A stretch of DNA of 64,000 nucleotides from Megamonas sp. UBA1799 (GTDB taxonomy: Bacteria > Bacillota > Negativicutes > Selenomonadales > Selenomonadaceae), in the NCBI GenBank assembly GCA_002319815.1, contig DCFR01000008.1:52062-116061 (forward strand), given 5' to 3'. Shown piece after piece: positions 38,596 to 47,208 of the stretch. How positions within the stretch are numbered: position 1 is the stretch's first letter; every line of letters begins with the position of its first letter. The notes under the pieces were generated by a model, which did no database searches, was not told the origin of the DNA, and saw only the letters and a program-made list of their open reading frames with translations. The translations under genes were made by a program, and so were the position numbers.

Positions 38596-39953
38596 ATAAA
38601 AGTGAACAGATTTTGCTTATGCAAAAAGGGCCGGTTGCGACCGCACTTTGGAAACTGGGATTACCAACCATGATGGGGATGTTGATTTCCGCTTTATATA
38701 ACGTTGTCGACGGCTTTTTTGTCAGTCGGCTGGGAAGCAGTCCTATGGCGGGCGTATCCGTGGCCTTTCCGCTCATTTTGTTGCTGGTTGGTATTGGCAT
38801 GACTTTTGGCTGCGGCGCGGCTTCTTATGTATCGCGGCTTTTGGGCGCCGGGCAGCTGCAGCTGGCGAATCGGGTGGCAGCGACGGCGCTTTACAGCGGG
38901 ATGGCGGCCGGCGTGGTTTTTATGCTGCTGGTCTTTTCGTTTTTAGAACCGGTTTTGTCGCTGTTGGGAGCGAGCGCAGCAACGCTTCCCTATGCGATGG
39001 AATTTACAAAAGTTTTTATGCTGGCGGCGGTGTTTAATACCTTCAACCTGATTGTCGATCAACTGGCGGCTGCGGAAGGGATTACCCGGATTCCTATGCT
39101 GGCGATGATTTTGGGCAGTGTCCTTAATATGTTGTTGAATCCGCTGTTTATCTATCAAATGGGGTTAGGCGTCAGCGGATCGGCCTGGGCTTCGGTAGTT
39201 TCTATTTTAGCGACCAGTCTTTTTTTCGGGCGTTTTATTTTAAGCCGGCAGGGCGTTTTAACGTATGCTTGGTCATGCTTTTTGCCATCAGCAAAAATTT
39301 TCCGGGAGATTTTAAAAATCGGTATTCCGATGTTTGTCAGTCAATTTTTACAAAGCACAACCCTGGGACTCATGAATATTGTCGCGGCAGTTTATGGCGA
39401 TAGTGTAGTCGCTGCGGCTGGCGCCGTAAATCGTATTCTTCCCTTGGGCTTTTTTGTCGTGTTTGGCTTCTTGCGCGGGTATGGACCGTTTGCCGGCTAT
39501 AATTATGGCGCGCGGCAATATGATCGACTGCAGGTGGCTACGCATACGGCGCTTTGCTGGACCACGGCGTTTTGCGCGCTGGCGGCCGGCTGTTTGCTGT
39601 TGTTTCCCGCAAGGATTATGGCGCCTTTCAGCGCCGGGAATGGTATGGTTCTGCAGACAGGAGCCGATATGCTTTGGGCCAATGGCTTGGGGTTTCTGGT
39701 ATTTGGTTTTGAAATGGTCTATATGATGCTTTTTCTCTCCATTGGCAACGGTAAGGCCGGGGGGATTTTAAGCGTGAGCCTGCAGGGCGTGTTTTGTATA
39801 CCGCTGCTGCTCATTTTGCCGCATTTTTGGGGAATGATGGGATTGATCTGGGCGTATCCGATTGCCCATTATCTGAATGCATGTTTGACGATGATTCTTA
39901 AAGTGAAGATGTTAAAAAATACCGGCTCTCGTTTGAACGGAAACTTTCATTGA
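38592..39953 (+). CDS. MATE family efflux transporter
   Basis: About 12 TM. LWKLGLPTMMGMLISALYNVVDGFFVSRLG is a MATE N-terminus. GTG at 38592 overlaps the AraC stop (GTGA) and has a GGAAGGAG SD. Confidence 0.85.
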   Translation: MNKSEQILLMQKGPVATALWKLGLPTMMGMLISALYNVVDGFFVSRLGSSPMAGVSVAFPLILLLVGIGMTFGCGAASYVSRLLGAGQLQLANRVAATALYSGMAAGVVFMLLVFSFLEPVLSLLGASAATLPYAMEFTKVFMLAAVFNTFNLIVDQLAAAEGITRIPMLAMILGSVLNMLLNPLFIYQMGLGVSGSAWASVVSILATSLFFGRFILSRQGVLTYAWSCFLPSAKIFREILKIGIPMFVSQFLQSTTLGLMNIVAAVYGDSVVAAAGAVNRILPLGFFVVFGFLRGYGPFAGYNYGARQYDRLQVATHTALCWTTAFCALAAGCLLLFPARIMAPFSAGNGMVLQTGADMLWANGLGFLVFGFEMVYMMLFLSIGNGKAGGILSVSLQGVFCIPLLLILPHFWGMMGLIWAYPIAHYLNACLTMILKVKMLKNTGSRLNGNFH

Positions 39954-40089
39954 TCTGCGGGCAGGTAACGGAGATTAACAGCACAGGAAAGTCATTGCGC
40001 ATAAAGTGTGTTATAATACAGGCAGAGACACAATTTGAAATCCATGATCAGGCGTTTGTCTGGCTTGGCCTGGAGCAGGGAGGCGCATC

Positions 40090-40842
40090 ATGCAGTCGAA
40101 AAAAATGCTTTTATTGTTGGGAGTTATCATCCTTTTTGTCATGCAGCCTATGTGGTCAAAGTCTGAATTGAATCCGGCGGTTGCGCCCGGCGGTAATTTT
40201 GATCTTACGAATTGGACTTTGTATTTGCCGGGGCAGACTCCGGATGCGGTGTCAACGGTTTCCGCGACGGAATTGGCCGGCGCGAAGGGGTTTACGGATG
40301 AACGTTTTTATACGAATTCGCTGGATGGCGCGATGATTTTGCTGCTGCCGCAGCCTGAGGATACACCGGTTCCCGTCAGCGGCAGGACAGAGTTTCGCGA
40401 GGTTACGGACGGCTGGCTGGCGTATGGGCGTCATAGTCTGGAAGCGGAAGTGCAGATACCGCAGCTGGCAGAGCAGGTCATTATTGCCGGCATCTGGCAG
40501 AGCTGGCCGCAGCAAGAACCGCTTTGCGAGCTTTGTTATAAGGGCGATGGCAGTCTGCAGCTGCAGATGTATACTGGCAATCCGACGGATGCGCCGGTAT
40601 TAATCCCTGCAGGGAAGGTCAGTGTGGGCAAGCATTTTTCCTATACGCTGTTTTTGAGCGAGAATGAAGTTACCGTGAATGTGGACGGGCATAATACCGA
40701 TGCAAGGATTCCGCAGGCTTTTGCCGGGCGGCGCTATTATTTCCGGGCGGGGAATGCCGTGCCGCCGGCAGCCGAAGGAACCGCCGTGAATCCGCGCGGT
40801 ACGATGGTTAAATTTTATCGGTTTAGTTTGCAGCATGAGTGA
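40090..40842 (+). CDS. secreted PL7 / Alginate_lyase2-fold protein (possibly non-canonical active site)
   Basis: Signal peptide. FDLTNWTLYLPG, GRTEFREV and YYFRAGNA resemble PL7 blocks (R-x-E-x-R, Y-F-K-A-G-x-Y). Confidence 0.55.
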   Translation: MQSKKMLLLLGVIILFVMQPMWSKSELNPAVAPGGNFDLTNWTLYLPGQTPDAVSTVSATELAGAKGFTDERFYTNSLDGAMILLLPQPEDTPVPVSGRTEFREVTDGWLAYGRHSLEAEVQIPQLAEQVIIAGIWQSWPQQEPLCELCYKGDGSLQLQMYTGNPTDAPVLIPAGKVSVGKHFSYTLFLSENEVTVNVDGHNTDARIPQAFAGRRYYFRAGNAVPPAAEGTAVNPRGTMVKFYRFSLQHE

Positions 40843-40945
40843 AGAATGGCCTCGGGAGAAATTTTATATAAATGCATTGCAAAATATTCGTATAAATCAT
40901 ATAATTGCTGTATGAGAGTATTCTATTCAATAAGGAGGAGTTTAT

Positions 40946-41329
40946 ATGTCACATTCCAAGTTGTTTGTTTGCCGGGTTTGCGGGAATATCGTGATGCGTA
41001 TCCATGATGGCGGCGGCACTTTGACGTGCTGTGGACAGCCTATGGAAGAGTTGGTTCCCAATACCGTCGATGCTGCCAAAGAGAAACATGTGCCGGTCAT
41101 TGAGCAAAAAGCCGGTTCGGTTACGGTTAAAGTAGGTAGTGTTGCACATCCAATGACGGCGGAGCATTTGATTCAATGGATTTATCTCCATACGACAAAT
41201 GGCGGACAATATAAATGCCTGACTCTAAACGATCAACCGCAGGCTGTTTTTGCTCTTCCTGAGGGAGAGGCTCCGGTTGCGGCATATGCATACTGTAATT
41301 TGCATGGTTTGTGGAAAACGGAACTCTGA
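40946..41329 (+). CDS. dfx: desulfoferrodoxin (2Fe superoxide reductase)
   Basis: N-terminal desulforedoxin motif CRVCGN...CCGQPM and C-terminal neelaredoxin-domain motifs EKHVPV, H..W and CNLHGLW. Confidence 0.9.
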   Translation: MSHSKLFVCRVCGNIVMRIHDGGGTLTCCGQPMEELVPNTVDAAKEKHVPVIEQKAGSVTVKVGSVAHPMTAEHLIQWIYLHTTNGGQYKCLTLNDQPQAVFALPEGEAPVAAYAYCNLHGLWKTEL

Positions 41330-41346
41330 CGTACGGGAGGCGATCC

Positions 41347-41862
41347 ATGATGTTGGAGAAAAAAATTGTTGACTTATTGCAGGAGCAGGTAAATCTGGAA
41401 TGGTATTCCGCCTATTTTTATCTGGATATTTATGGATATTATGCCGATAAAAATCTGGATGGATTTGCCAATTGGTTTTATGTCCAGGTGCAGGAAGAGC
41501 GGGATCATGCCATGATGTTTGTCCATTATCTGCTTGCTAATGGGAACAAACTGGCGCTGCAGGATATCAAAGCGTCTTCGGTTCATTTTGACGCGTTTGG
41601 CGAGCCTTTGCAGGCGGCTTTTCAGCATGAATTGGCGGTTACAAAGTCCATTCATAAGATCTATGAAAAAGCGCAAGAGGTAAAAGATTTTCGCACCCAG
41701 CAGTTTTTGGATTGGTTTGTCAAAGAACAAGGCGAGGAAGAAAAAAATATTGAAGATCTGGTCAAAAAATATGCTTTGTTCGGTAAAGATGAGCGCGGAT
41801 TGTATTTGCTGAACACGGAATTGGCGTCCCGAGCCTATGCTGCTCCGGCGCCGAATGTGTAA
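41347..41862 (+). CDS. ferritin (non-heme, bacterial Ftn)
   Basis: LLQEQVNLEWYSAYFYLDI...QVQEERDHAMMF...ELAVTKSIH are ferroxidase-centre residues. GGGAGG SD lies before the ATG at 41347. Confidence 0.9.
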   Translation: MMLEKKIVDLLQEQVNLEWYSAYFYLDIYGYYADKNLDGFANWFYVQVQEERDHAMMFVHYLLANGNKLALQDIKASSVHFDAFGEPLQAAFQHELAVTKSIHKIYEKAQEVKDFRTQQFLDWFVKEQGEEEKNIEDLVKKYALFGKDERGLYLLNTELASRAYAAPAPNV

Positions 41863-41899
41863 GGTGCCAATGGCCGCTTGCGCGGAGTTGGTTTTTGTG

Positions 41900-41933
41900 G
41901 CTCGCAGGGAAATTTTCCTGCGAGCTTTTTTTT
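41900..41933 (+). terminator. rho-independent terminator after ferritin
   Basis: Stem GCTCGCAGG/CCTGCGAGC followed by T8. Confidence 0.75.
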
Positions 41934-42108
41934 CGGCAGGCCGTAGGTTTTTAGGTTGAGGCGGCAATTTTATTGCATTGAAATCAATAAATTTTTTTCA
42001 GCTTTTGGAAGCTTAGTAAAATAGAAAACAGCCGCATGATTAATTAAAATTTCCTATGAAATGTAGAAAAAACTGGATAATTTTTTCAAACCTCTTTATA
42101 ATAGAAGT

Positions 42109-42138
42109 TTGTCAGGGGTATGTTGATATCACTATAAT
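42109..42138 (+). promoter_or_regulatory. candidate promoter for the DUF535 gene (about 200 nt leader)
   Basis: TTGTCA (42109-42114), an 18 nt spacer, then TATAAT (42133-42138), within an AT-rich stretch. Confidence 0.4.
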
Positions 42139-42340
42139 CCGGATTGGCAAAAAGATTGGTGAATTTTTTCCGGGGCAATAGCGGCAACGGCAGCCTTTTG
42201 TTTATTTATTGGAGTGACGGCAGCGACGTCTTTTTGCAGCTGAAAATGCCAAAACGGATACAGGATGCGACGGCGTTCTTTTTACACGCTGCTGGGGTGT
42301 TTTTGGGGGTAGCGGGCCGGGTCAGGCTGGAGGAGAAATT

Positions 42341-43240
42341 TTGCGTGAAATTATTGTTTTAGGGAATCGGATTTATCATCATCGGGATCATACGGATTTT
42401 AATCTGCAACGGTTGTTTGTATTCTGGGTGAGGGCGCTGAACAGTTCTCAGGTGGTTTTGCAGCTTAAAGATTTTTTTGCCGCCTTTTCTGATTTACAAA
42501 AATTAGAAAGCGGGAATGCTATTTTTTATGAGCAGCTGCTGCGGCATGTTTTTTATCACAATTCAACTCTGTGGGAACGGCGCCAGTTGATAGAGGATCA
42601 TTTTTCTTTTTGTCAGCAGCATTTTTTCTTTCCGGTATTACAGACAATTTACTATGACGGACGGCTGGTTCTTTGGCAGGGAAGTTTTGCCGGCGGGAAT
42701 CTGAACTTTGGCTTGGATTTTTTTTATGTGGACCGCAAGGAAGGCTTGATGACGCTGGATTTGATGCTGGATGGCGCGCGCGTTTATCACATCACTTTTT
42801 TGTTGGGCATTACGGCGGGAGGGCAGCGTTGTCTGCGCATTGGCGCTCTGCAGGGCAGTAAGAACGGCGAGGATACGATTCATCTTCTGACCAAGGAATT
42901 TTTCGGCTGCCGGACGAAGAATCTCATGCTGTATGGTATGCAATTGCTGGCCCAGGAACTGGGCTTAGAGCATATTTATGCCGTGAGCAATGAGGGCTTT
43001 TTTACGAACAATCATGTGCGGATGGACCGGAAGCTGAAAACATCGCTGGATGAATTCTGGCTGGAGTCAGGTGGGCATGTTTTGCCGGATGCGCGTTTTT
43101 ATGAGTTGCCGCTGACTGATTGCCGCAAAGCGATCGAAGATGTAAAATCAAAAAAACGGAATTTGTATCGCAAGCGCTATGCTTTGCTGGATCAGCTTGC
43201 GCTGGTCTTTCGTGAAAATTTGCATACGTATTTAAAATAA
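42341..43240 (+). CDS. VirK/YbjX-like protein (DUF535)
   Basis: 299 aa. LRIGALQG, TKEFFGCRTKNLMLYGMQLLAQELGLEHIYAVSNEG and LDEFWLESGG resemble DUF535 blocks (from memory). TTG start lies 6 nt after a GGAGGAG SD. Confidence 0.6.
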   Translation: MREIIVLGNRIYHHRDHTDFNLQRLFVFWVRALNSSQVVLQLKDFFAAFSDLQKLESGNAIFYEQLLRHVFYHNSTLWERRQLIEDHFSFCQQHFFFPVLQTIYYDGRLVLWQGSFAGGNLNFGLDFFYVDRKEGLMTLDLMLDGARVYHITFLLGITAGGQRCLRIGALQGSKNGEDTIHLLTKEFFGCRTKNLMLYGMQLLAQELGLEHIYAVSNEGFFTNNHVRMDRKLKTSLDEFWLESGGHVLPDARFYELPLTDCRKAIEDVKSKKRNLYRKRYALLDQLALVFRENLHTYLK

Positions 43241-43394
43241 AATTTTCGTTCAGGAACGAAAGGCCGTAATGGCCGTAAAAAGCTTTTTTACCGCAATTGG
43301 TGTTGGCGGTGGAGAAGCTTTTTTGGGGTAGCTGCTGTTTTCGGGTTTGATTCTCTGGGATGATTGCTTTTCATTTAGGTGCGTGCTATAATCC

Positions 43395-43430
43395 AATTGT
43401 TAACCTTTACATAAAATATGGTTGACAATT
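43395..43430. promoter_or_regulatory. BirA operator (bioO)-like inverted repeat overlapping a TATAAT box
   Basis: AATTGTTAACC-N14-GGTTGACAATT. TATAAT at 43387-43392. Directly upstream of bioH-bioC. Confidence 0.65.
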
Positions 43431-43443
43431 GTGGGGGATAGCA

Positions 43444-44139
43444 GTGCATTTATTTATTAATGGTTGGGCGGCAGAAGCGAGGGTCTGGAATTCTTTACAT
43501 CCAGGTGAGGATTGCCGCTTTTTTGATTTCACCGCAGGAGTGGAGTTGGAAAAACTGGAAAAATATATGGCGGCGCTGGCAAAAGAAAGCGGCCCGCTGC
43601 ATGTCATTGGCTGGTCTATGGGTGGTATGTTGGCGCTGGAACTGGCGGCGCGCCATCCGGAACAAATGAAACGACTGACATTGCTCGACAGTACAGCGCG
43701 GTTTACTTTGACGGAGCATTATGCTGCCGGGCTGCCGCCGGCCATTGTCCGGCAGCTGGCCCGTAGGGTCAGGCGTGATTTCTGTCAGGCGCAGCTGAAT
43801 TTTTATCAGCAGATGTTTGCTCCTGGTGAACAGACGGCAGCTGAGAATTTTGTGAAAAGCGGCGCGATGGTCCAGAATACGGCAGCGCTGCTGGCGGGGT
43901 TGGAGTATCTGGAACAACGGGATTTGCGCGGCCTGCTGCCGGATATTACGCTGCCGGTGCGGGTCATCCATGGCGCTGCCGATGCGATTTGCCCTTTCTC
44001 TGCGGGAGAATATTTAGCGGAGCATTTGCCTGCGGCCGAACTGATCTGTCTGCCGGATTGTGGCCATGTTCCTTTTTATACGCAGCCGGAGCTCTGTCGG
44101 AAATTGATTTTTGAAGGAGCGGGTATCGATGATCAATAA
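43444..44139 (+). CDS. bioH: alpha/beta hydrolase, BioH-like pimeloyl-ACP methyl ester esterase
   Basis: HVIGWSMGGMLALELAARHPE (nucleophile elbow) and CGHVPF (His). Overlaps bioC. GTG at 43444 lies just after the operator; the track ORF starts at 43429. Confidence 0.65.
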   Translation: MHLFINGWAAEARVWNSLHPGEDCRFFDFTAGVELEKLEKYMAALAKESGPLHVIGWSMGGMLALELAARHPEQMKRLTLLDSTARFTLTEHYAAGLPPAIVRQLARRVRRDFCQAQLNFYQQMFAPGEQTAAENFVKSGAMVQNTAALLAGLEYLEQRDLRGLLPDITLPVRVIHGAADAICPFSAGEYLAEHLPAAELICLPDCGHVPFYTQPELCRKLIFEGAGIDDQ

Positions 44140-44941
44140 GCAGATTATGGAACGGCATTTTTCTCAGGCGGCCGCTGCATACGATATGTATGCTTGTGTG
44201 CAAAAAAGTATGGCGCAGGAGCTGATGCGTTTTATGGAGCCGGCAAAAGCCGCGCAGGATGTGCTGGAGATTGGCTGCGGCACGGGATTTTTGACGCAGT
44301 TGCTGACGGCGGCGCTGCCGCAGGCGACGATCTTAGCCAGTGATATTTCTTCGGGGATGCTGGCGGCGGCACAGGCACGGCTGGGCGGTTGTCCTCAGCT
44401 GCAATTTGCCGTTAAAGATGGCGAAGCCCTGCGGGAGCAAGCCGAATATGATCTGGTGATATCCAATGCAGCGTTTCAATGGTTTGTAAATCCCAAAGCT
44501 GCTTTTCAAAGAATCTATGATAGTCTGCGCCCGGGGGGGCGCTTGGTTTTTGCCACGTTTGGCCCGGAAACGTTTTTTGAGCTGCATGCATCGTTTCAGG
44601 CGGCGTTGTCCTTGCATCATATTCCAGGGAAATGGCAGAACGGACCGGCTTTTTTGTCGGACCGACAACTGTTGGCTTATAGCGCGCAGGCAGGCTTCTC
44701 TAGTTGTTGTGAGGAGCGGGAATATAAAGAATATTTTCCGGCCGTGCGCGATTTCCTGCACAGTGTGAAAAAAGTCGGCGCGAACAATTCGTCGGGCAGC
44801 GGTAAGACTTTAGTCAGCCGCCGGGTTATGGCCGATATGATGAAGTATTATACGGAGACGTACGCCTGGCAGGGACAGATTCCGGCGACATATCAGGTAT
44901 TTTATGTGATTTGTAAAAAACCGGCGTTATCGGTCGGTTAA
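44129..44941 (+). CDS. bioC: malonyl-ACP O-methyltransferase
   Basis: FSQAAAAYDMYACVQ, VLEIGCGTGFLT (SAM motif I) and SNAAFQW are typical of BioC. Confidence 0.8.
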   Translation: MINKQIMERHFSQAAAAYDMYACVQKSMAQELMRFMEPAKAAQDVLEIGCGTGFLTQLLTAALPQATILASDISSGMLAAAQARLGGCPQLQFAVKDGEALREQAEYDLVISNAAFQWFVNPKAAFQRIYDSLRPGGRLVFATFGPETFFELHASFQAALSLHHIPGKWQNGPAFLSDRQLLAYSAQAGFSSCCEEREYKEYFPAVRDFLHSVKKVGANNSSGSGKTLVSRRVMADMMKYYTETYAWQGQIPATYQVFYVICKKPALSVG

Positions 44942-44967
44942 AAATTTTTGGCAGAGAGCTATGAAAA

Positions 44968-45035
44968 CAAAAAATGCTTCCGGTGCGGAGCGGCAGCACG
45001 ATGTGTTGCCGCTTCGCTTCAGAAAGCATTTTTTC
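44968..45035. terminator. long bidirectional hairpin terminator between convergent bioC and the C69 peptidase gene
   Basis: Outer stem AAAAATGCTT/AAGCATTTTT enclosing GCGGAGCGGCA/TGCCGCTTCGC; A/T runs on both sides. Confidence 0.6.
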
Positions 45036-45068
45036 AGCCCCAAAGGGGGCTTCATTCGGCTTAGCGTG

Positions 45069-46664
45069 TTAATAATGCATTAAACGGTCATTTTTGGGAC
45101 GATGAGCTTCATCATAAGGAGAATTTTTCCCTTGATTATATTTTACCAGCAGTTCACCATAGAGATTTTTCCAGTTTTTTTCCGTTGCTCGGGCGTTTTG
45201 CCGCAAGCGTTCGGCGAAAAGTTCGGGAGAAATACCCTGGCTGGCGGCCAACAGCGCTTGGGCGGAGGTTTCTGCCGCCATAGCCGCCCGCAAGCCGTCG
45301 CGGCCGATTGCCGACGGCCGGCTCTGCATCAATTCGGCGGTTTGCAGATAGGTCCACCAAGCTTTTGCCGGATCATATTGTCGGCGATCCACCTGTTCAT
45401 AGCCTTCGGGAAGCGGGGCTGCTGTGAAAGGTACAAAGGGACTTTCCCGGGGTGTTCCCAAGGAGAGCCAGACAATCGGTGCAGGCAAGGCGGCGCTGTT
45501 CTGCGCAATCCAGGTATAACCGGTGATCCGGCAGGCAATGGCCCTTTGCCAGGTTCCGTCGCCGTAACGATAAGGCGAGCCATAGAGGCCGGCCCCCGGT
45601 CCTTTAGTCATATCAAAGGCGGTGCCTTCATATACATCCCGATGCATTTTTATCAAATCCGTCAGCTTTAGCGGGACATCCGGGCGCACGGCGAAAGGAT
45701 AAGCACGGGAGTAGGCATCCTTTACCACGGACGGCAGATGAAGCGAAGGGGCGGCGAGACTCAGCGCGCGCCAGACGCGTCGCAATGAAAAATAAGGGTG
45801 GAAATCTTCCGCGCCGCCAATAGAGCGCTGCCAATCGGTTTTTCCTGTGGTCGGATCTTGTACGGTCCAGCCCAAGGCGGCCAATCTTTCCGGAAGCTCG
45901 GGATTAAAAATCAGGTCAGGCTGGTCATTGGTAATGTCTCGGATGCGGAATTGATTGGCCGCCACAAAAAATTCGCCGTCCGGCACTCGCTGGGCAATCC
46001 AAAGCGCCCGTCCGGCAGGCGCCGGCTGCATCTCCAAAACCCAGCCTTCCTGTCGATCCGCTACCAGCAGGGTCTCTCCGGTGCCGTAAAGACCATATTC
46101 GTCGATGAGCGATCCCATCAGCTGTATGGCCTCCCGGGCCGTGCGGCAGCGCTCTAAAGCAATCCGGCCTAATTCGGCAGAATAGAAAAGGCCGGTTCCT
46201 GGGGCTGCCGGCATGCTCTCAAAGCGGGAATGGTTCGTGCATTCGCCGAGCATCAGGCCGTATTCATTCATTACGCCGTAATCGCTGTCAATGTAAGCGT
46301 ATGTGTGCGATGCTTCCGGAATCCATCCCAGCGGCAGCGTTGGTTTTTCATTACGTATATCATAGCCGGGAGCCCGCTCTGGGGCAACCAGTCTGGGCGT
46401 CATATAGCAGTTGTGGGACGGAAGTTCGTCTTCGGCAATCGCGGAAGGATAGACAGGACGAACGCTGCCGGCCGGATGGTCCTTAGCTGGCACGTAAACA
46501 ATACTGGGATCGCAGAGTCCGGCATCGTTGGAATGCGTTACATACATACTGTGGTCCGCAGAAGCTCCGGGCGTAACCAGCATGGTTGTGCAGGCTGCTG
46601 CGGAAGGAAGGCCCAGCGCCAGACAGAGGCCCAGAGAAAGCAATTGCTTTTTCATGTTTCGCAC
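45069..46664 (-). CDS. secreted C69-family dipeptidase
   Basis: Signal peptide ending ...SAAA followed by CTTMLV (N-terminal nucleophile Cys of peptidase C69). 531 aa. Confidence 0.85.
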   Translation of the reverse strand: MRNMKKQLLSLGLCLALGLPSAAACTTMLVTPGASADHSMYVTHSNDAGLCDPSIVYVPAKDHPAGSVRPVYPSAIAEDELPSHNCYMTPRLVAPERAPGYDIRNEKPTLPLGWIPEASHTYAYIDSDYGVMNEYGLMLGECTNHSRFESMPAAPGTGLFYSAELGRIALERCRTAREAIQLMGSLIDEYGLYGTGETLLVADRQEGWVLEMQPAPAGRALWIAQRVPDGEFFVAANQFRIRDITNDQPDLIFNPELPERLAALGWTVQDPTTGKTDWQRSIGGAEDFHPYFSLRRVWRALSLAAPSLHLPSVVKDAYSRAYPFAVRPDVPLKLTDLIKMHRDVYEGTAFDMTKGPGAGLYGSPYRYGDGTWQRAIACRITGYTWIAQNSAALPAPIVWLSLGTPRESPFVPFTAAPLPEGYEQVDRRQYDPAKAWWTYLQTAELMQSRPSAIGRDGLRAAMAAETSAQALLAASQGISPELFAERLRQNARATEKNWKNLYGELLVKYNQGKNSPYDEAHRPKNDRLMHY

Positions 46665-46670
46665 CTCGCT

Positions 46671-47099
46671 TTAAAAAATAGCCAGCATAAGTCCGCCGGC
46701 GGCAATCAAAAAGATGGCCAGCGCATGGATGCCGCTGACGCGCTCTCCAAAAAAAATAATGGCCAGCAGTACGGAAAAAACCACGCTGAGTTTGTCAATC
46801 GGCGCTACTTGTGATACCTGGCCGGTTTTGAGGGCCAGAAAATAGAAAAGCCAGGAAGTGGCGCCGGCGATGCCGCTGAGGGCGATGAACAGCAAAGCGC
46901 GGCGATCGGTTACAATTTCCGGCAGCCGGCCCAGATTTCCCTGGGCGGCGACAACGCCGACAAGAAAAATGGCCATGATAATGGAACGAACAGCGGTAGC
47001 GGCGTTGCTGTCCATGCCGCTGAGCCCGAGTTTACCAAAGATCGAGACCAGGGCGGCGCTCAAGGCGGAAAGCAATGCATAAAATAACCAGGATTCCAT
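46671..47099 (-). CDS. small EamA-domain (single-repeat DMT) membrane protein
   Basis: 142 aa from the ATG at 47099; 4-5 TM; one EamA repeat. Confidence 0.7.
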   Translation of the reverse strand: MESWLFYALLSALSAALVSIFGKLGLSGMDSNAATAVRSIIMAIFLVGVVAAQGNLGRLPEIVTDRRALLFIALSGIAGATSWLFYFLALKTGQVSQVAPIDKLSVVFSVLLAIIFFGERVSGIHALAIFLIAAGGLMLAIF

Positions 47100-47208
47100 G
47101 ATGGAATCAGCTCCTTTATTATAGAATAGCAGCAAGTTTGTCTAAATTTATTATAGCGTGCCGGAGGACGGCAGAACAAGCCGGTGAAAAAATAAAATCA
47201 ATTTTTTG

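Noticed and set aside
42144-42362. 72 aa ORF upstream of the DUF535 gene.
   Set aside because: It has a TTG start with no SD, and it begins at or before the predicted transcription start. It is more likely part of the leader, and I kept it only as a note in a finding.
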